This document shows positions 9,497-17,393 of a stretch of 64,000 nt of DNA, piece after piece. The notes under the pieces are model-generated. The model was given only the letters and a program-made list of their open reading frames with translations. It made no database searches and was not told where the DNA came from. Source of the stretch: an uncultured Comamonadaceae bacterium (GTDB taxonomy: Bacteria; Bacteroidota; Bacteroidia; Flavobacteriales_D; Sanyastnellaceae); NCBI GenBank assembly GCA_964649515.1, contig CAZYPV010000007.1:1248-65247 (forward strand). The letters run 5' to 3'. The position numbers and the translations under genes are program-made. Each line of letters starts with the position of its first letter. Within the stretch, counting starts at the first letter, position 1.

Positions 9497-10418
9497 GGTC
9501 TTCTGCGTTTTGGGTCACTGTTTGGATGAAAATATCATTCATGGAAGGGAGGTTTCGATTAACATCGATCAATTCAACATGGTCCACCACCGCCCGAAGG
9601 AGGTCGTTGAGCTTCATTCCTTCGCCCAAGCGCACACATGCTCGTTGATGGTCTTTATCTCCTTCTTGAGAAAGCAGTTCGAAATTGGTCCACAAAGCAT
9701 TGGCAAAGGCGATGGCGGTTCCCTTGAATCGGAGTTCATATTCTTGATGAGCGTGGGCTTCGCGAATGTCATCCACTCGTCCTTCAAGTACTTTTTTCGA
9801 CTTGTTGATGAGGGCAATGTTGTCGCAAATTTCTTCCACACTTCCCATGTTGTGAGTGGACAGGATGATGCTGGCTCCTTCGTCCTTGAGTCGCATCAAT
9901 TCATTGCGAATGAGTTCAACATTGATGGGGTCAAAACCGCTAAAGGGTTCGTCCAAAATGAGAAGTTTGGGTTCGTGCAAAACGGTGGTGACAAACTGAA
10001 TTTTTTGGGCCATTCCCTTCGAGAGTTCTTCCACTTTTTTGTTCCACCATGCCATGATTTCGAAGCGTTCGAACCACGCTTCTAGTTTTTGTTTGGCTTC
10101 TTGCTTTCGCATGCCTTTCAGTTGGGCAAGGTACATGGCTTGTTCTCCAACTTTCATTTTCTTGTAAAGGCCGCGTTCTTCGGGCAAATAACCAATACTG
10201 CTGACGTGCTTGGCTTGAAGAGATTCTCCAAAAAGAACGATCTCTCCTTGATCTGGACCGGTGATTTGATTGATGATTCGGATAAGGGAGGTTTTTCCTG
10301 CTCCATTCGGCCCCAAAAGACCAAATACTTTTCCTTCAGGTACTTGTATGCTGACATCATCAAGGGCAACGTGCTCCGCGTATTTCTTGGTGATGTTTTT
10401 TGCTTCTAGTGCATTCAT
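9489..10418 (-). CDS. ABC transporter ATP-binding protein
   Basis: Start taken at ATG 10418 (MNALEAKNITKKY). Walker A GPNGAGKTS, signature LSKGMAQK and Walker B LLILDEP are present. Confidence 0.9.
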   Translation of the reverse strand: MNALEAKNITKKYAEHVALDDVSIQVPEGKVFGLLGPNGAGKTSLIRIINQITGPDQGEIVLFGESLQAKHVSSIGYLPEERGLYKKMKVGEQAMYLAQLKGMRKQEAKQKLEAWFERFEIMAWWNKKVEELSKGMAQKIQFVTTVLHEPKLLILDEPFSGFDPINVELIRNELMRLKDEGASIILSTHNMGSVEEICDNIALINKSKKVLEGRVDDIREAHAHQEYELRFKGTAIAFANALWTNFELLSQEGDKDHQRACVRLGEGMKLNDLLRAVVDHVELIDVNRNLPSMNDIFIQTVTQNAEDHE

Positions 10419-10429
10419 GTGACTTCGGT

Positions 10430-10478
10430 TCAGGGTAAAACTAAACAATCCTTCCCCAAAAGACGGAAAAGGATTGTT
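10430..10478 (-). terminator. rho-independent terminator after dnaJ
   Basis: Stem AACAATCCTT (10444-10453) pairs with AAGGATTGTT (10469-10478), with an extra inner GGAA/TTCC extension. On the minus strand it is followed by TAGTTTTA. Confidence 0.55.
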
Positions 10479-10501
10479 CAAATTGTGTGCTCAAACGGTC
10501 T

Positions 10502-11620
10502 TCACGAGAACATTTCTTTCACTCGTTGAAAGAATCCTTTGTCTCGATGGGTAGGCTGTGGTTTGAAATTTTCTGAGGACTTCAACTTTTCGAGCAGCGC
10601 TTTTTCTTCGCTATTCAAATTTTGTGGCGTCCACACATTGATGTTCACGAGGAGATCACCATGTCCATAAGACTGAACAGCGGGCAATCCTTTTCCTCTT
10701 AATCGAACAATTTTTCCGCTCTGGGTACCGGCATCAATTTTAATTTTTGCCTTCCCATTGACCAAGGGGATTTCGGTTGAACAACCCAAGGCTACGTCGG
10801 CAAAATTGAGGTAGAGTTCATAGTGCAAGTTTTTGCCGTTTCGCTTGAGTTCTTCGTGTTCGATTTCTTCAATCACCACGAGAAGATCACCGGGAACGCC
10901 ACCGAAAGGACCGGCATTTCCTTTACCGCTCATGTTCAACTGCATGCCTTCTTCCACGCCGGCAGGAATATCAATAGAGATGACCTCTTCCTCCCTTCTC
11001 AAACCATTTTCATCGGCATCTTTTGGTTTGGTTTTGATGGATTTTCCTGCACCGTGACATGCAGGACAGGTGGAGGCCGTTTGCATTTGTCCGAGAATGG
11101 TGTTGGTTACCCTTCTTACTTGCCCTGCTCCTCCACAAGTTCCGCAGGTAGAGAACTCAACGCCATCGGCTTGAACAAGTTTGAATACCTTCACTTTCTT
11201 CACAGCACCATTGGCGATTTCTTCCAAGGTGAGTTTTACTTTAATTCGAAGGTTGCTTCCTTTCACTCGACCACCTCTACGGGAGCCACCTCCTCCGCCA
11301 CCAAATCCTCCGCCGAAGGCACCTCCAAAGATGTCGCCAAACTGGGAGAAGATGTCGTCCATATTCATTCCTCCGCCACCAAATCCTTGGCCACCACGCA
11401 TGCCATCATGACCGAACTGATCATAGCGCTGTCTTTTCTCTGCGTTGCTCAATACTTCATAAGCTTCGGCAGCTTCTTTGAACTTTTCCTCCGCAGATTT
11501 ATCGTCGGGATTCTTATCCGGGTGGTACTTCAACGCGAGCTTGCGATAGGCTTTTTTGATTTCGGCCTCGCTGGCGTTTCTGGTCAATCCCAATATTTCG
11601 TAATAGTCTCTTTTCGCCAT
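10502..11620 (-). CDS. dnaJ: molecular chaperone DnaJ
   Basis: Start at ATG 11620 ([11 protein letters not shown]). It has the J-domain HPD motif, a G/F-rich linker, and CxxCxGxG zinc-finger repeats. Confidence 0.95.
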   Translation of the reverse strand: MAKRDYYEILGLTRNASEAEIKKAYRKLALKYHPDKNPDDKSAEEKFKEAAEAYEVLSNAEKRQRYDQFGHDGMRGGQGFGGGGMNMDDIFSQFGDIFGGAFGGGFGGGGGGSRRGGRVKGSNLRIKVKLTLEEIANGAVKKVKVFKLVQADGVEFSTCGTCGGAGQVRRVTNTILGQMQTASTCPACHGAGKSIKTKPKDADENGLRREEEVISIDIPAGVEEGMQLNMSGKGNAGPFGGVPGDLLVVIEEIEHEELKRNGKNLHYELYLNFADVALGCSTEIPLVNGKAKIKIDAGTQSGKIVRLRGKGLPAVQSYGHGDLLVNINVWTPQNLNSEEKALLEKLKSSENFKPQPTHRDKGFFQRVKEMFS

Positions 11621-11627
11621 CTTGCGC

Positions 11628-12200
11628 TTATTGTCCCACAACTACTTTGGCGTAGCGAAGAATGTTATCGTTTAGGAAATAGCCTTTTTCAACCACGTCA
11701 ACCACTTTGCCCACTTGCTTTTTACTGGGAGCGGGGATGTTGGTAATGGCTTCATGGTATTCAACATCAAAGGATTTACCCATGCTGTCCATTGGTTTCA
11801 GCCCTTTGGCTTCCAGCGTTCTGAGGAGTTTGGCTTGAATGAGTCCGTAACCTTCCTTCACGGCCTTGATGTCGGTAGAGTCTGCATTGGCTTTCTCAGC
11901 GCGTTCGAAGTCATCAATGAGGGGCAACATGTCTTGAATGATGTCTTTGCCTGCACTTTTCATGAGGTCCAAACGCTCCTTCGCATTCCGTTTCCTAAAG
12001 TTGTCAAATTCAGCGTAGAGGCGGGTGTACTTGTCTTTCCACTCTGCAAGCTCTTTTTCCATTGCAAGTATGGGGTCTTCCTCGGCTGCTGTGGTTTCTT
12101 CAGTAACGGTTCCCTCGGTTTCTTTTTCAGCTCCTTCTTGGTGCTCTTGGGCATCGTTCAATGCTTCCTCTTCTTGTGGAGTATGCTCGTCTTTGTTCAT
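11628..12200 (-). CDS. grpE: nucleotide exchange factor GrpE
   Basis: 190 aa with an acidic N-terminus and a GrpE core ([10 protein letters not shown]). It lies 7 nt upstream of dnaJ. Confidence 0.93.
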   Translation of the reverse strand: MNKDEHTPQEEEALNDAQEHQEGAEKETEGTVTEETTAAEEDPILAMEKELAEWKDKYTRLYAEFDNFRKRNAKERLDLMKSAGKDIIQDMLPLIDDFERAEKANADSTDIKAVKEGYGLIQAKLLRTLEAKGLKPMDSMGKSFDVEYHEAITNIPAPSKKQVGKVVDVVEKGYFLNDNILRYAKVVVGQ

Positions 12201-12250
12201 GATCTATTCTTCTTGCGGCGCAAAGGTCAAAAGTTTTGCCAAACTGAGGG

Positions 12251-12266
12251 AGGGTGTCAGGGTGTC
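12251..12266. repeat. tandem direct 8-mer GGGTGTCA x2 upstream of grpE-dnaJ
   Basis: Two perfect adjacent copies at 12251-12258 and 12259-12266, about 50 nt upstream of the grpE ATG on the minus strand. Confidence 0.6.
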
Positions 12267-12339
12267 AGTATTCAGAAGTTTTGAACGAAAATGTGGCGGC
12301 TCAGGCAAAGCGTAGATAGTTTTGCTGACATCTAGGCAC

Positions 12340-12370
12340 AAAAAAAGGCCGGTATTGAACCGACCTTTTG
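12340..12370 (-). terminator. rho-independent terminator after the tlpA-like gene
   Basis: On the minus strand, AAGGTCGG-loop-CCGGCCTT (8 bp including one G-U pair) is followed by a run of 7 T. It starts about 28 nt after the stop. Confidence 0.7.
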
Positions 12371-12397
12371 ACAATGTTGAATGTCTTTAATGGCACA

Positions 12398-12967
12398 TCA
12401 TCTCAACTTAGAAACGTGTTGGTCAATTTGTACATGCAGTTCCATTCCTCTCAAATTCTTCGCAACGATGATTCCGTTTTCATCCACCAAAAAACTCATG
12501 GGAATTGAACTCACACCATAAACTGCTGCGGCTTCATTTTTCCATCCTTTGAGGTCGCAAACGTGGTTGGACCAGCTCAATTTATCTTGAGAAATGGCCT
12601 TCTTCCAGCTTTCTTTGTTGCTGTCTAGGGATACTGAAAAGATGTCAAAACCATCGGCTGTCTTGAATTTCGCCTTTTGATATTTGTTGTAAGCCCTCAC
12701 CACATTTGGGTTCTCTCTTCTGCATGGGCCACACCAAGATGCCCAGAAATCAATTAGTACGAGACTTCCTCGCATGCTGGAAAGTTGAAGCTTTTTTCCG
12801 TCCACTCCGTTCATGGAGATTTCAGGAGCTTGATCTCCAATGTTTGTGCCCACCTTAACGGGTGACGTGTAAAGGCTTTTCGCTACTGGCGCTTCATTGG
12901 ATTGCATGAAACCAAATCCAATTGCAGCGATTCCAACGCCAAAGAGGAGTATTTTTAAGTTTTTCAT
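12398..12967 (-). CDS. TlpA/ResA-family thiol-disulfide oxidoreductase (secreted thioredoxin fold)
   Basis: 189 aa with a signal peptide and the DFWASWCGPCRRENP active site. Confidence 0.85.
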   Translation of the reverse strand: MKNLKILLFGVGIAAIGFGFMQSNEAPVAKSLYTSPVKVGTNIGDQAPEISMNGVDGKKLQLSSMRGSLVLIDFWASWCGPCRRENPNVVRAYNKYQKAKFKTADGFDIFSVSLDSNKESWKKAISQDKLSWSNHVCDLKGWKNEAAAVYGVSSIPMSFLVDENGIIVAKNLRGMELHVQIDQHVSKLR

Positions 12968-13063
12968 TTCGACTGATTATAGAATCTAAAGGTAAATATT
13001 TGCCTTGAGTGTACCAAAGACCGTTCCACGTTCTCTTGGAATGCAATACCGATGTTTGGTGAC

Positions 13064-14371
13064 TTAATCCACTCGCTGGATGTCGGCACCAAGTGCTTTC
13101 AATCGGGCTTCAATGTTTTGGTATCCTCGGTCGATTTGACTGATGTTGTGAATGGTGCTCTTTCCTTCAGCAGAAAGCGCAGCAATCAAAAGAGATACTC
13201 CTGCACGAATGTCGGGAGAGGTCATGGTTACTCCTTTCAACGGTGTTTTACGATCGAGGCCAATCACTGTGGCTCGGTGTGGGTCACAGAGAATAATTTG
13301 GGCCCCCATGTCAATGAGTTTATCCACAAAAAACAAGCGGCTTTCAAACATCTTTTGATGGATCAAAACGCTCCCTCTTGCTTGCGTGGCGGTAACCAAA
13401 ACAATGGAGAGCAAATCGGGTGTGAAGCCTGGCCATGGTGCATCGGATACGGTCAAAATAGAGCCGTCGATGAAGCTTTCAATTTCGTAAGAATCTTGGG
13501 CGGGGATAAATAGATCGTCTCCCTTCAATTCAATCTTGATTCCTAAACGGCGAAAAATTTCGGGGATGATGCCCAATTCTTTGTGTTGAACATCTTTGAT
13601 GGTGATTTCACTTTTGGTCATGGCAGCCATTCCAATAAAACTGCCGATTTCAATCATGTCAGGCAAACAACGGTGCTCACATCCTCCCAAAGCGTCCACT
13701 CCTTCGATGGTCAAAAGGTTGGATCCAACACCACTCACTTTTCCACCCATGCGGTTGATCATTTTGGCCAACTGTTGAAGGTAGGGTTCGCATGCTGCAT
13801 TGTAAATGGTGGTTGTTCCCTTTGCAAGTGCCGCTGCCATAAGGATGTTGGCGGTTCCAGTTACGGAAGCTTCGTCCAAAAGCATATCTGCCCCTTGTAA
13901 TCTAGGAGAATGCACTTTGTAAAAAGCGTTTTTTGCGTCGTATTCGAAGCTGGCTCCTAGTTTTTGCAATCCTGTGAAATGGGTGTCTAGACGTCTTCGC
14001 CCAATTTTATCTCCACCCGGCTGGGGGATGTAGCCCCGACCAAAACGAGCGAGAAGCGGGCCCACAATCATAATGGATCCTCGCAAAGCAGCTCCTTTTT
14101 TCTTGAATTCTGGGGAGTCCAAATAATCCAAGTTCACTTCGTCGGCTTGAAAGGTGTAGCTCGATTCATCGTGCTTTTCAACTTTCACACCCAAGTCCTT
14201 GAGCAAGGAGATGAGTTTGTTGACGTCCACAATGTTCGGGATGTTGTCAATGCGCACTTTCTCTGGAGTGAGCAGCACGGCACAAATGATTTGTAGCGCT
14301 TCGTTTTTTGCCCCTTGCGGGATGATTTCTCCTTTGAGGGGTTTTCCTCCTTGTATAATAAATGTTCCCAT
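13064..14371 (-). CDS. murA: UDP-N-acetylglucosamine 1-carboxyvinyltransferase
   Basis: Start at ATG 14371 (MGTFIIQGGKPLKG). MurA-like throughout. The active-site loop reads PGGDKIGRRRLD, with Asp where E. coli has Cys115. Confidence 0.95.
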   Translation of the reverse strand: MGTFIIQGGKPLKGEIIPQGAKNEALQIICAVLLTPEKVRIDNIPNIVDVNKLISLLKDLGVKVEKHDESSYTFQADEVNLDYLDSPEFKKKGAALRGSIMIVGPLLARFGRGYIPQPGGDKIGRRRLDTHFTGLQKLGASFEYDAKNAFYKVHSPRLQGADMLLDEASVTGTANILMAAALAKGTTTIYNAACEPYLQQLAKMINRMGGKVSGVGSNLLTIEGVDALGGCEHRCLPDMIEIGSFIGMAAMTKSEITIKDVQHKELGIIPEIFRRLGIKIELKGDDLFIPAQDSYEIESFIDGSILTVSDAPWPGFTPDLLSIVLVTATQARGSVLIHQKMFESRLFFVDKLIDMGAQIILCDPHRATVIGLDRKTPLKGVTMTSPDIRAGVSLLIAALSAEGKSTIHNISQIDRGYQNIEARLKALGADIQRVD

Positions 14372-14533
14372 TCCGTCTTTTTTTCGTGCCCTAAAGTTTT
14401 TAAAAACCAAGGCCCTTTAAATCAAGAACGAAAAAACTTATCGACATCCCAAAGGGGAAAGGATTTGAAGGTAAACTTTGTGTTAAGCGAAGGTGTATTC
14501 AAAGTATCTGCATCGGTACTACTGAAAGAAGGC

Positions 14534-15175
14534 TTAATACTTTTTCTTCTTGCGCTTTTGAGAACCTTTTTTGTGCGAACGAATGTTGACGGGCTTGGTG
14601 TTTTTCAATACTTCCGTGGTACTCACCAGCTCAACATCTTCGGCCAATTTCAATTTTCCCTTCGACAATTCTTGCAACTGATCCTTAATTAAGGCGTCAT
14701 TCACCGACGAACGATTGTAGGTGAGGTAATGACGTTTCATCAAGTTGGCAATCATCAAGGTTAGCGTGTTTTTCTCATCGCCTTCGTCATACTCGCAAGC
14801 TTTACCAATGAGTTCTTCGAGGATGCTGCCGTAATGCCCATACTTCATCTTCCCTTGTGGGTAAGGAACGCGCTCTGGTTTCTGAGCCAAGGTGGCTGCT
14901 TCGGGTTTCGGGTAGGGAGAATCAACGTCCAATTCGAAGTTGGCAATGATGTGCAAATGATCCCACAACTTGTGCTTATAATCATCAATGTCTCGCAAGT
15001 GCGGGAACAATTGTCCCATTACGCTAATGATGGCTTGAGCGATTTTGTTTCGCTCTTCACGATCGGCCACGGATTTCGCGTAGTCAATCATGTTGTGAAT
15101 GTTTCGCCCGTATTCTGGAATGGCCAAATCCGGGCGTGCACTGTTGTAAGTAAGTCCTTCGAAATTTTCTGACAT
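14534..15175 (-). CDS. conserved hypothetical protein (DUF4290-like), Lys-rich C-terminus
   Basis: Start at ATG 15175 (MSENFEGLTYNSARPDLAIPEYGRN). An alternative ATG lies at 15205. The family call and the pairing with murA are from memory. Confidence 0.55.
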   Translation of the reverse strand: MSENFEGLTYNSARPDLAIPEYGRNIHNMIDYAKSVADREERNKIAQAIISVMGQLFPHLRDIDDYKHKLWDHLHIIANFELDVDSPYPKPEAATLAQKPERVPYPQGKMKYGHYGSILEELIGKACEYDEGDEKNTLTLMIANLMKRHYLTYNRSSVNDALIKDQLQELSKGKLKLAEDVELVSTTEVLKNTKPVNIRSHKKGSQKRKKKKY

Positions 15176-15180
15176 AGCTG

Positions 15181-15188
15181 CAAAGGTA
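15181..15188 (-). promoter_or_regulatory. candidate -7 promoter box (TACCTTTG), 5 nt from the ATG of the DUF4290-like gene
   Basis: The minus strand reads TACCTTTG-cagct-ATG. Confidence 0.4.
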
Positions 15189-15234
15189 ATGATTCTCCTG
15201 CGCATGAAATCATCAAGAGAAAAAATGCTTTCGA

Positions 15235-17388
15235 TTAAATTTCTTCCGCTTTAAAAAACAGAAGCCCAAGTCCGCTACTCGGCAATACTGGGTGGCGCAA
15301 ACTCAAGTTGCCATTTAGCCCGGTGTTTTGAATGGTCGTTGAGAGTACCTCACCTGTTGAAATGTCGATCCAAGAGATTCGATAGCGCTTCAAGGTCCCC
15401 ATGTTTCTGATTTCCATTTTGGATGATCTTCCTCTAGAATCCAAGGCTATGGCTTCCTTGTATCGCGGGTTAAAATATTGCGGATTGTCTTCAAAAAAGG
15501 ATTTGCATGAACTGTCATCGGAACTGCGTTTAGTATACCAATTCACACTTCGGTTATGAATCAAGCCCAAGGCCATTTTGTTCTGTCCACCTCTTCGGAG
15601 TGCGACACAATCTCCCATTTTGTCTCTGCGAACGGCATTTACTCCTTCCCATTGTTCTTTGTCGAGCTGAAGGTCTTGCATGATGCTGTCAATTCTCGCG
15701 AGGTGTGACCACAACTTTGGATTGTATTGATTGCTCCAATTCATCGCTCCTGCACTCATCCCCGAAAAGGCGGAACACCAAACGCTTTTGATGAATCGCA
15801 AATCAGAGTCACAATTTTCAATGTTCATTCCAGGTCCGACCTCCGAAAAAAGAAGCGGTTTGTCAATGGCTGGCGGATTGAGGTTGCTGATGGCTTCTCG
15901 CCGTGAATTGTCGGTTTGAAAGTTGTCCATGATTTCAGTAAATCCAGAATACTTTTCAATGGAAGCGTTGTAATAATTGAAGGTAGCAATGTCCACAGCG
16001 GGTTCGTAATAAATGCTGTCACCCAAAAGAAATTCTGCCGGACCCGATATGCTCACAGCCAACAGATGGTCTTCGTGACCGAGCTCGTACTTGATGAAAT
16101 TCAGCATCTCCCGTTGCCAAGAGTAGATCAAGCGGGTCATGCTGGCGTCTTCTCGGTAAGGCATGGCAAGGTGTCCGCCATCGGTTTGGCAGTTTTCATC
16201 CACCGAAGGCGCTGAGGCAATCCCATTCACCTCGCTCACCAATTCGAAATTAGCAATGTTCGTGCTGTATCCATAACGAGCAATGAAATAACGAAGGCGG
16301 TTTTTGTAGTGTTTTTTAGCTTCTTCGCTTTCCATAAAACTCCGAACGGTGGGGAGTCCTAATTCGTCAAAGTAGCAGTAAGGGTCGTCGTAAGGGAAGC
16401 AGTCAATGTCACCATAATCCCAGTGCCACATGCTGTAACCGGATACTTCTTCTAGCGGATAATGCACCTGAAGGTTGAGGTGAATGAGCAAATCGTTCTC
16501 TTCTGCTACACGAAGTATTTCATCCATTTCCCAGGCGCAATTTAGACGATCACTGTAGTTGTTGAGTTTCTCAAATTCAATGTCCAAATTCCAAGGCGCA
16601 ATGAGCATTCGAAAGTAATTCCCACCATTTTTGGCAAAGGATTTCATCTGTTTGTGGTAGGCAAGATAGCCCAATGGGTTCATGGTTGAAGCACACCAAG
16701 GCTCTGCATTGAAGCAATCAATTTGTGAACACTTCGGGTCGATGGCAGGATCGCATGCTGGCCATGGAAGGTTTTGTCCAACGGGGAAAAAGGAATTGCT
16801 GTCACGCACAAAAAAGCGTTTGTTTTCGCCCACAGCGAGAAACCCTGGGTGTCCATTTTCTACCACTTCAAAGGAGATGGTGTTGGAAATGCGCAGTTCT
16901 TGACCTTTCACTTTTAATGAGAACCAACAACGATAACTACCTGTGTCTTTTGGGGTGAACCGAGCGCGAAATGGATGAAGGGTTGGAAGTGCTTCATGCT
17001 TCCATTTATTGGGGTCGTTGGACCGTGTGTTGCGCTGATATGGCCGGTAGTAAAAAGCATAGCGTTTCTCCCATAGTGCCATATCTTTCTCAGCCGCTTT
17101 TTTGAAATAAGCCAGAACTTCAATGTCTTCAGGATTGAATGGATTGAGCGCTTTTGAACTGGGGATGTCCGATAGAAACGCAGCAATTCCAGCTTCTACA
17201 TCCGGGGGGAGCATCATTCCAATTTCGATATGCTTATTCTTGCTCACTCCCGCTTGATCTTGATCTCCGAACCATTTCAATACCATGGGAGACCCGTCCC
17301 GATCTTGGATGGGAGTAGTTTGGGCTGAACTGAGTTGAGTTATACCCAAAAGAGAGATCAAAAATACCAGCTTTGCCATTGCGCTCAT
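15235..17388 (-). CDS. secreted putative clan GH-A (GH5/DUF4038-like) glycoside hydrolase with DUF5060-like N-domain
   Basis: The track ORF starts at TTG 17397. ATG 17388 or 17379 gives the signal peptide MAKLVFLISLLGITQLSSAQ. Candidate acid/base and nucleophile motifs are ELVSEVNG and LFSEVGPG. The function is tentative. Confidence 0.45.
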   Translation of the reverse strand: MSAMAKLVFLISLLGITQLSSAQTTPIQDRDGSPMVLKWFGDQDQAGVSKNKHIEIGMMLPPDVEAGIAAFLSDIPSSKALNPFNPEDIEVLAYFKKAAEKDMALWEKRYAFYYRPYQRNTRSNDPNKWKHEALPTLHPFRARFTPKDTGSYRCWFSLKVKGQELRISNTISFEVVENGHPGFLAVGENKRFFVRDSNSFFPVGQNLPWPACDPAIDPKCSQIDCFNAEPWCASTMNPLGYLAYHKQMKSFAKNGGNYFRMLIAPWNLDIEFEKLNNYSDRLNCAWEMDEILRVAEENDLLIHLNLQVHYPLEEVSGYSMWHWDYGDIDCFPYDDPYCYFDELGLPTVRSFMESEEAKKHYKNRLRYFIARYGYSTNIANFELVSEVNGIASAPSVDENCQTDGGHLAMPYREDASMTRLIYSWQREMLNFIKYELGHEDHLLAVSISGPAEFLLGDSIYYEPAVDIATFNYYNASIEKYSGFTEIMDNFQTDNSRREAISNLNPPAIDKPLLFSEVGPGMNIENCDSDLRFIKSVWCSAFSGMSAGAMNWSNQYNPKLWSHLARIDSIMQDLQLDKEQWEGVNAVRRDKMGDCVALRRGGQNKMALGLIHNRSVNWYTKRSSDDSSCKSFFEDNPQYFNPRYKEAIALDSRGRSSKMEIRNMGTLKRYRISWIDISTGEVLSTTIQNTGLNGNLSLRHPVLPSSGLGLLFFKAEEI

Positions 17389-17393
17389 GAAGC

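Noticed and set aside
8753-10085. Two long plus-strand ORFs (258 and 242 aa) antisense to the ABC permease and ATPase genes
   Set aside because: They are shadow frames of clearly coding minus-strand genes. They have no motifs and no independent start context.
10823-11746. 307-aa plus-strand ORF antisense to dnaJ/grpE
   Set aside because: It lies entirely inside two well-supported chaperone genes. The sequence is low-complexity and Ser/Phe-rich, with no recognisable domain. It is a typical shadow ORF of a strongly codon-biased gene.
12219-12243. Sigma-54-like TGGCAA...TTTGC on the minus strand upstream of grpE
   Set aside because: The GG-to-GC spacing is wrong: 17 nt rather than the required 10. 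No other convincing -24/-12 element was seen in the intergenic regions I inspected.
12398-12967. The two TlpA-like genes (here and at 62877-64000) as a recent duplication or repeat
   Set aside because: The similarity is confined to the thioredoxin domain at the protein level. The DNA is diverged and the N-terminal domains differ. These are ordinary paralogs.
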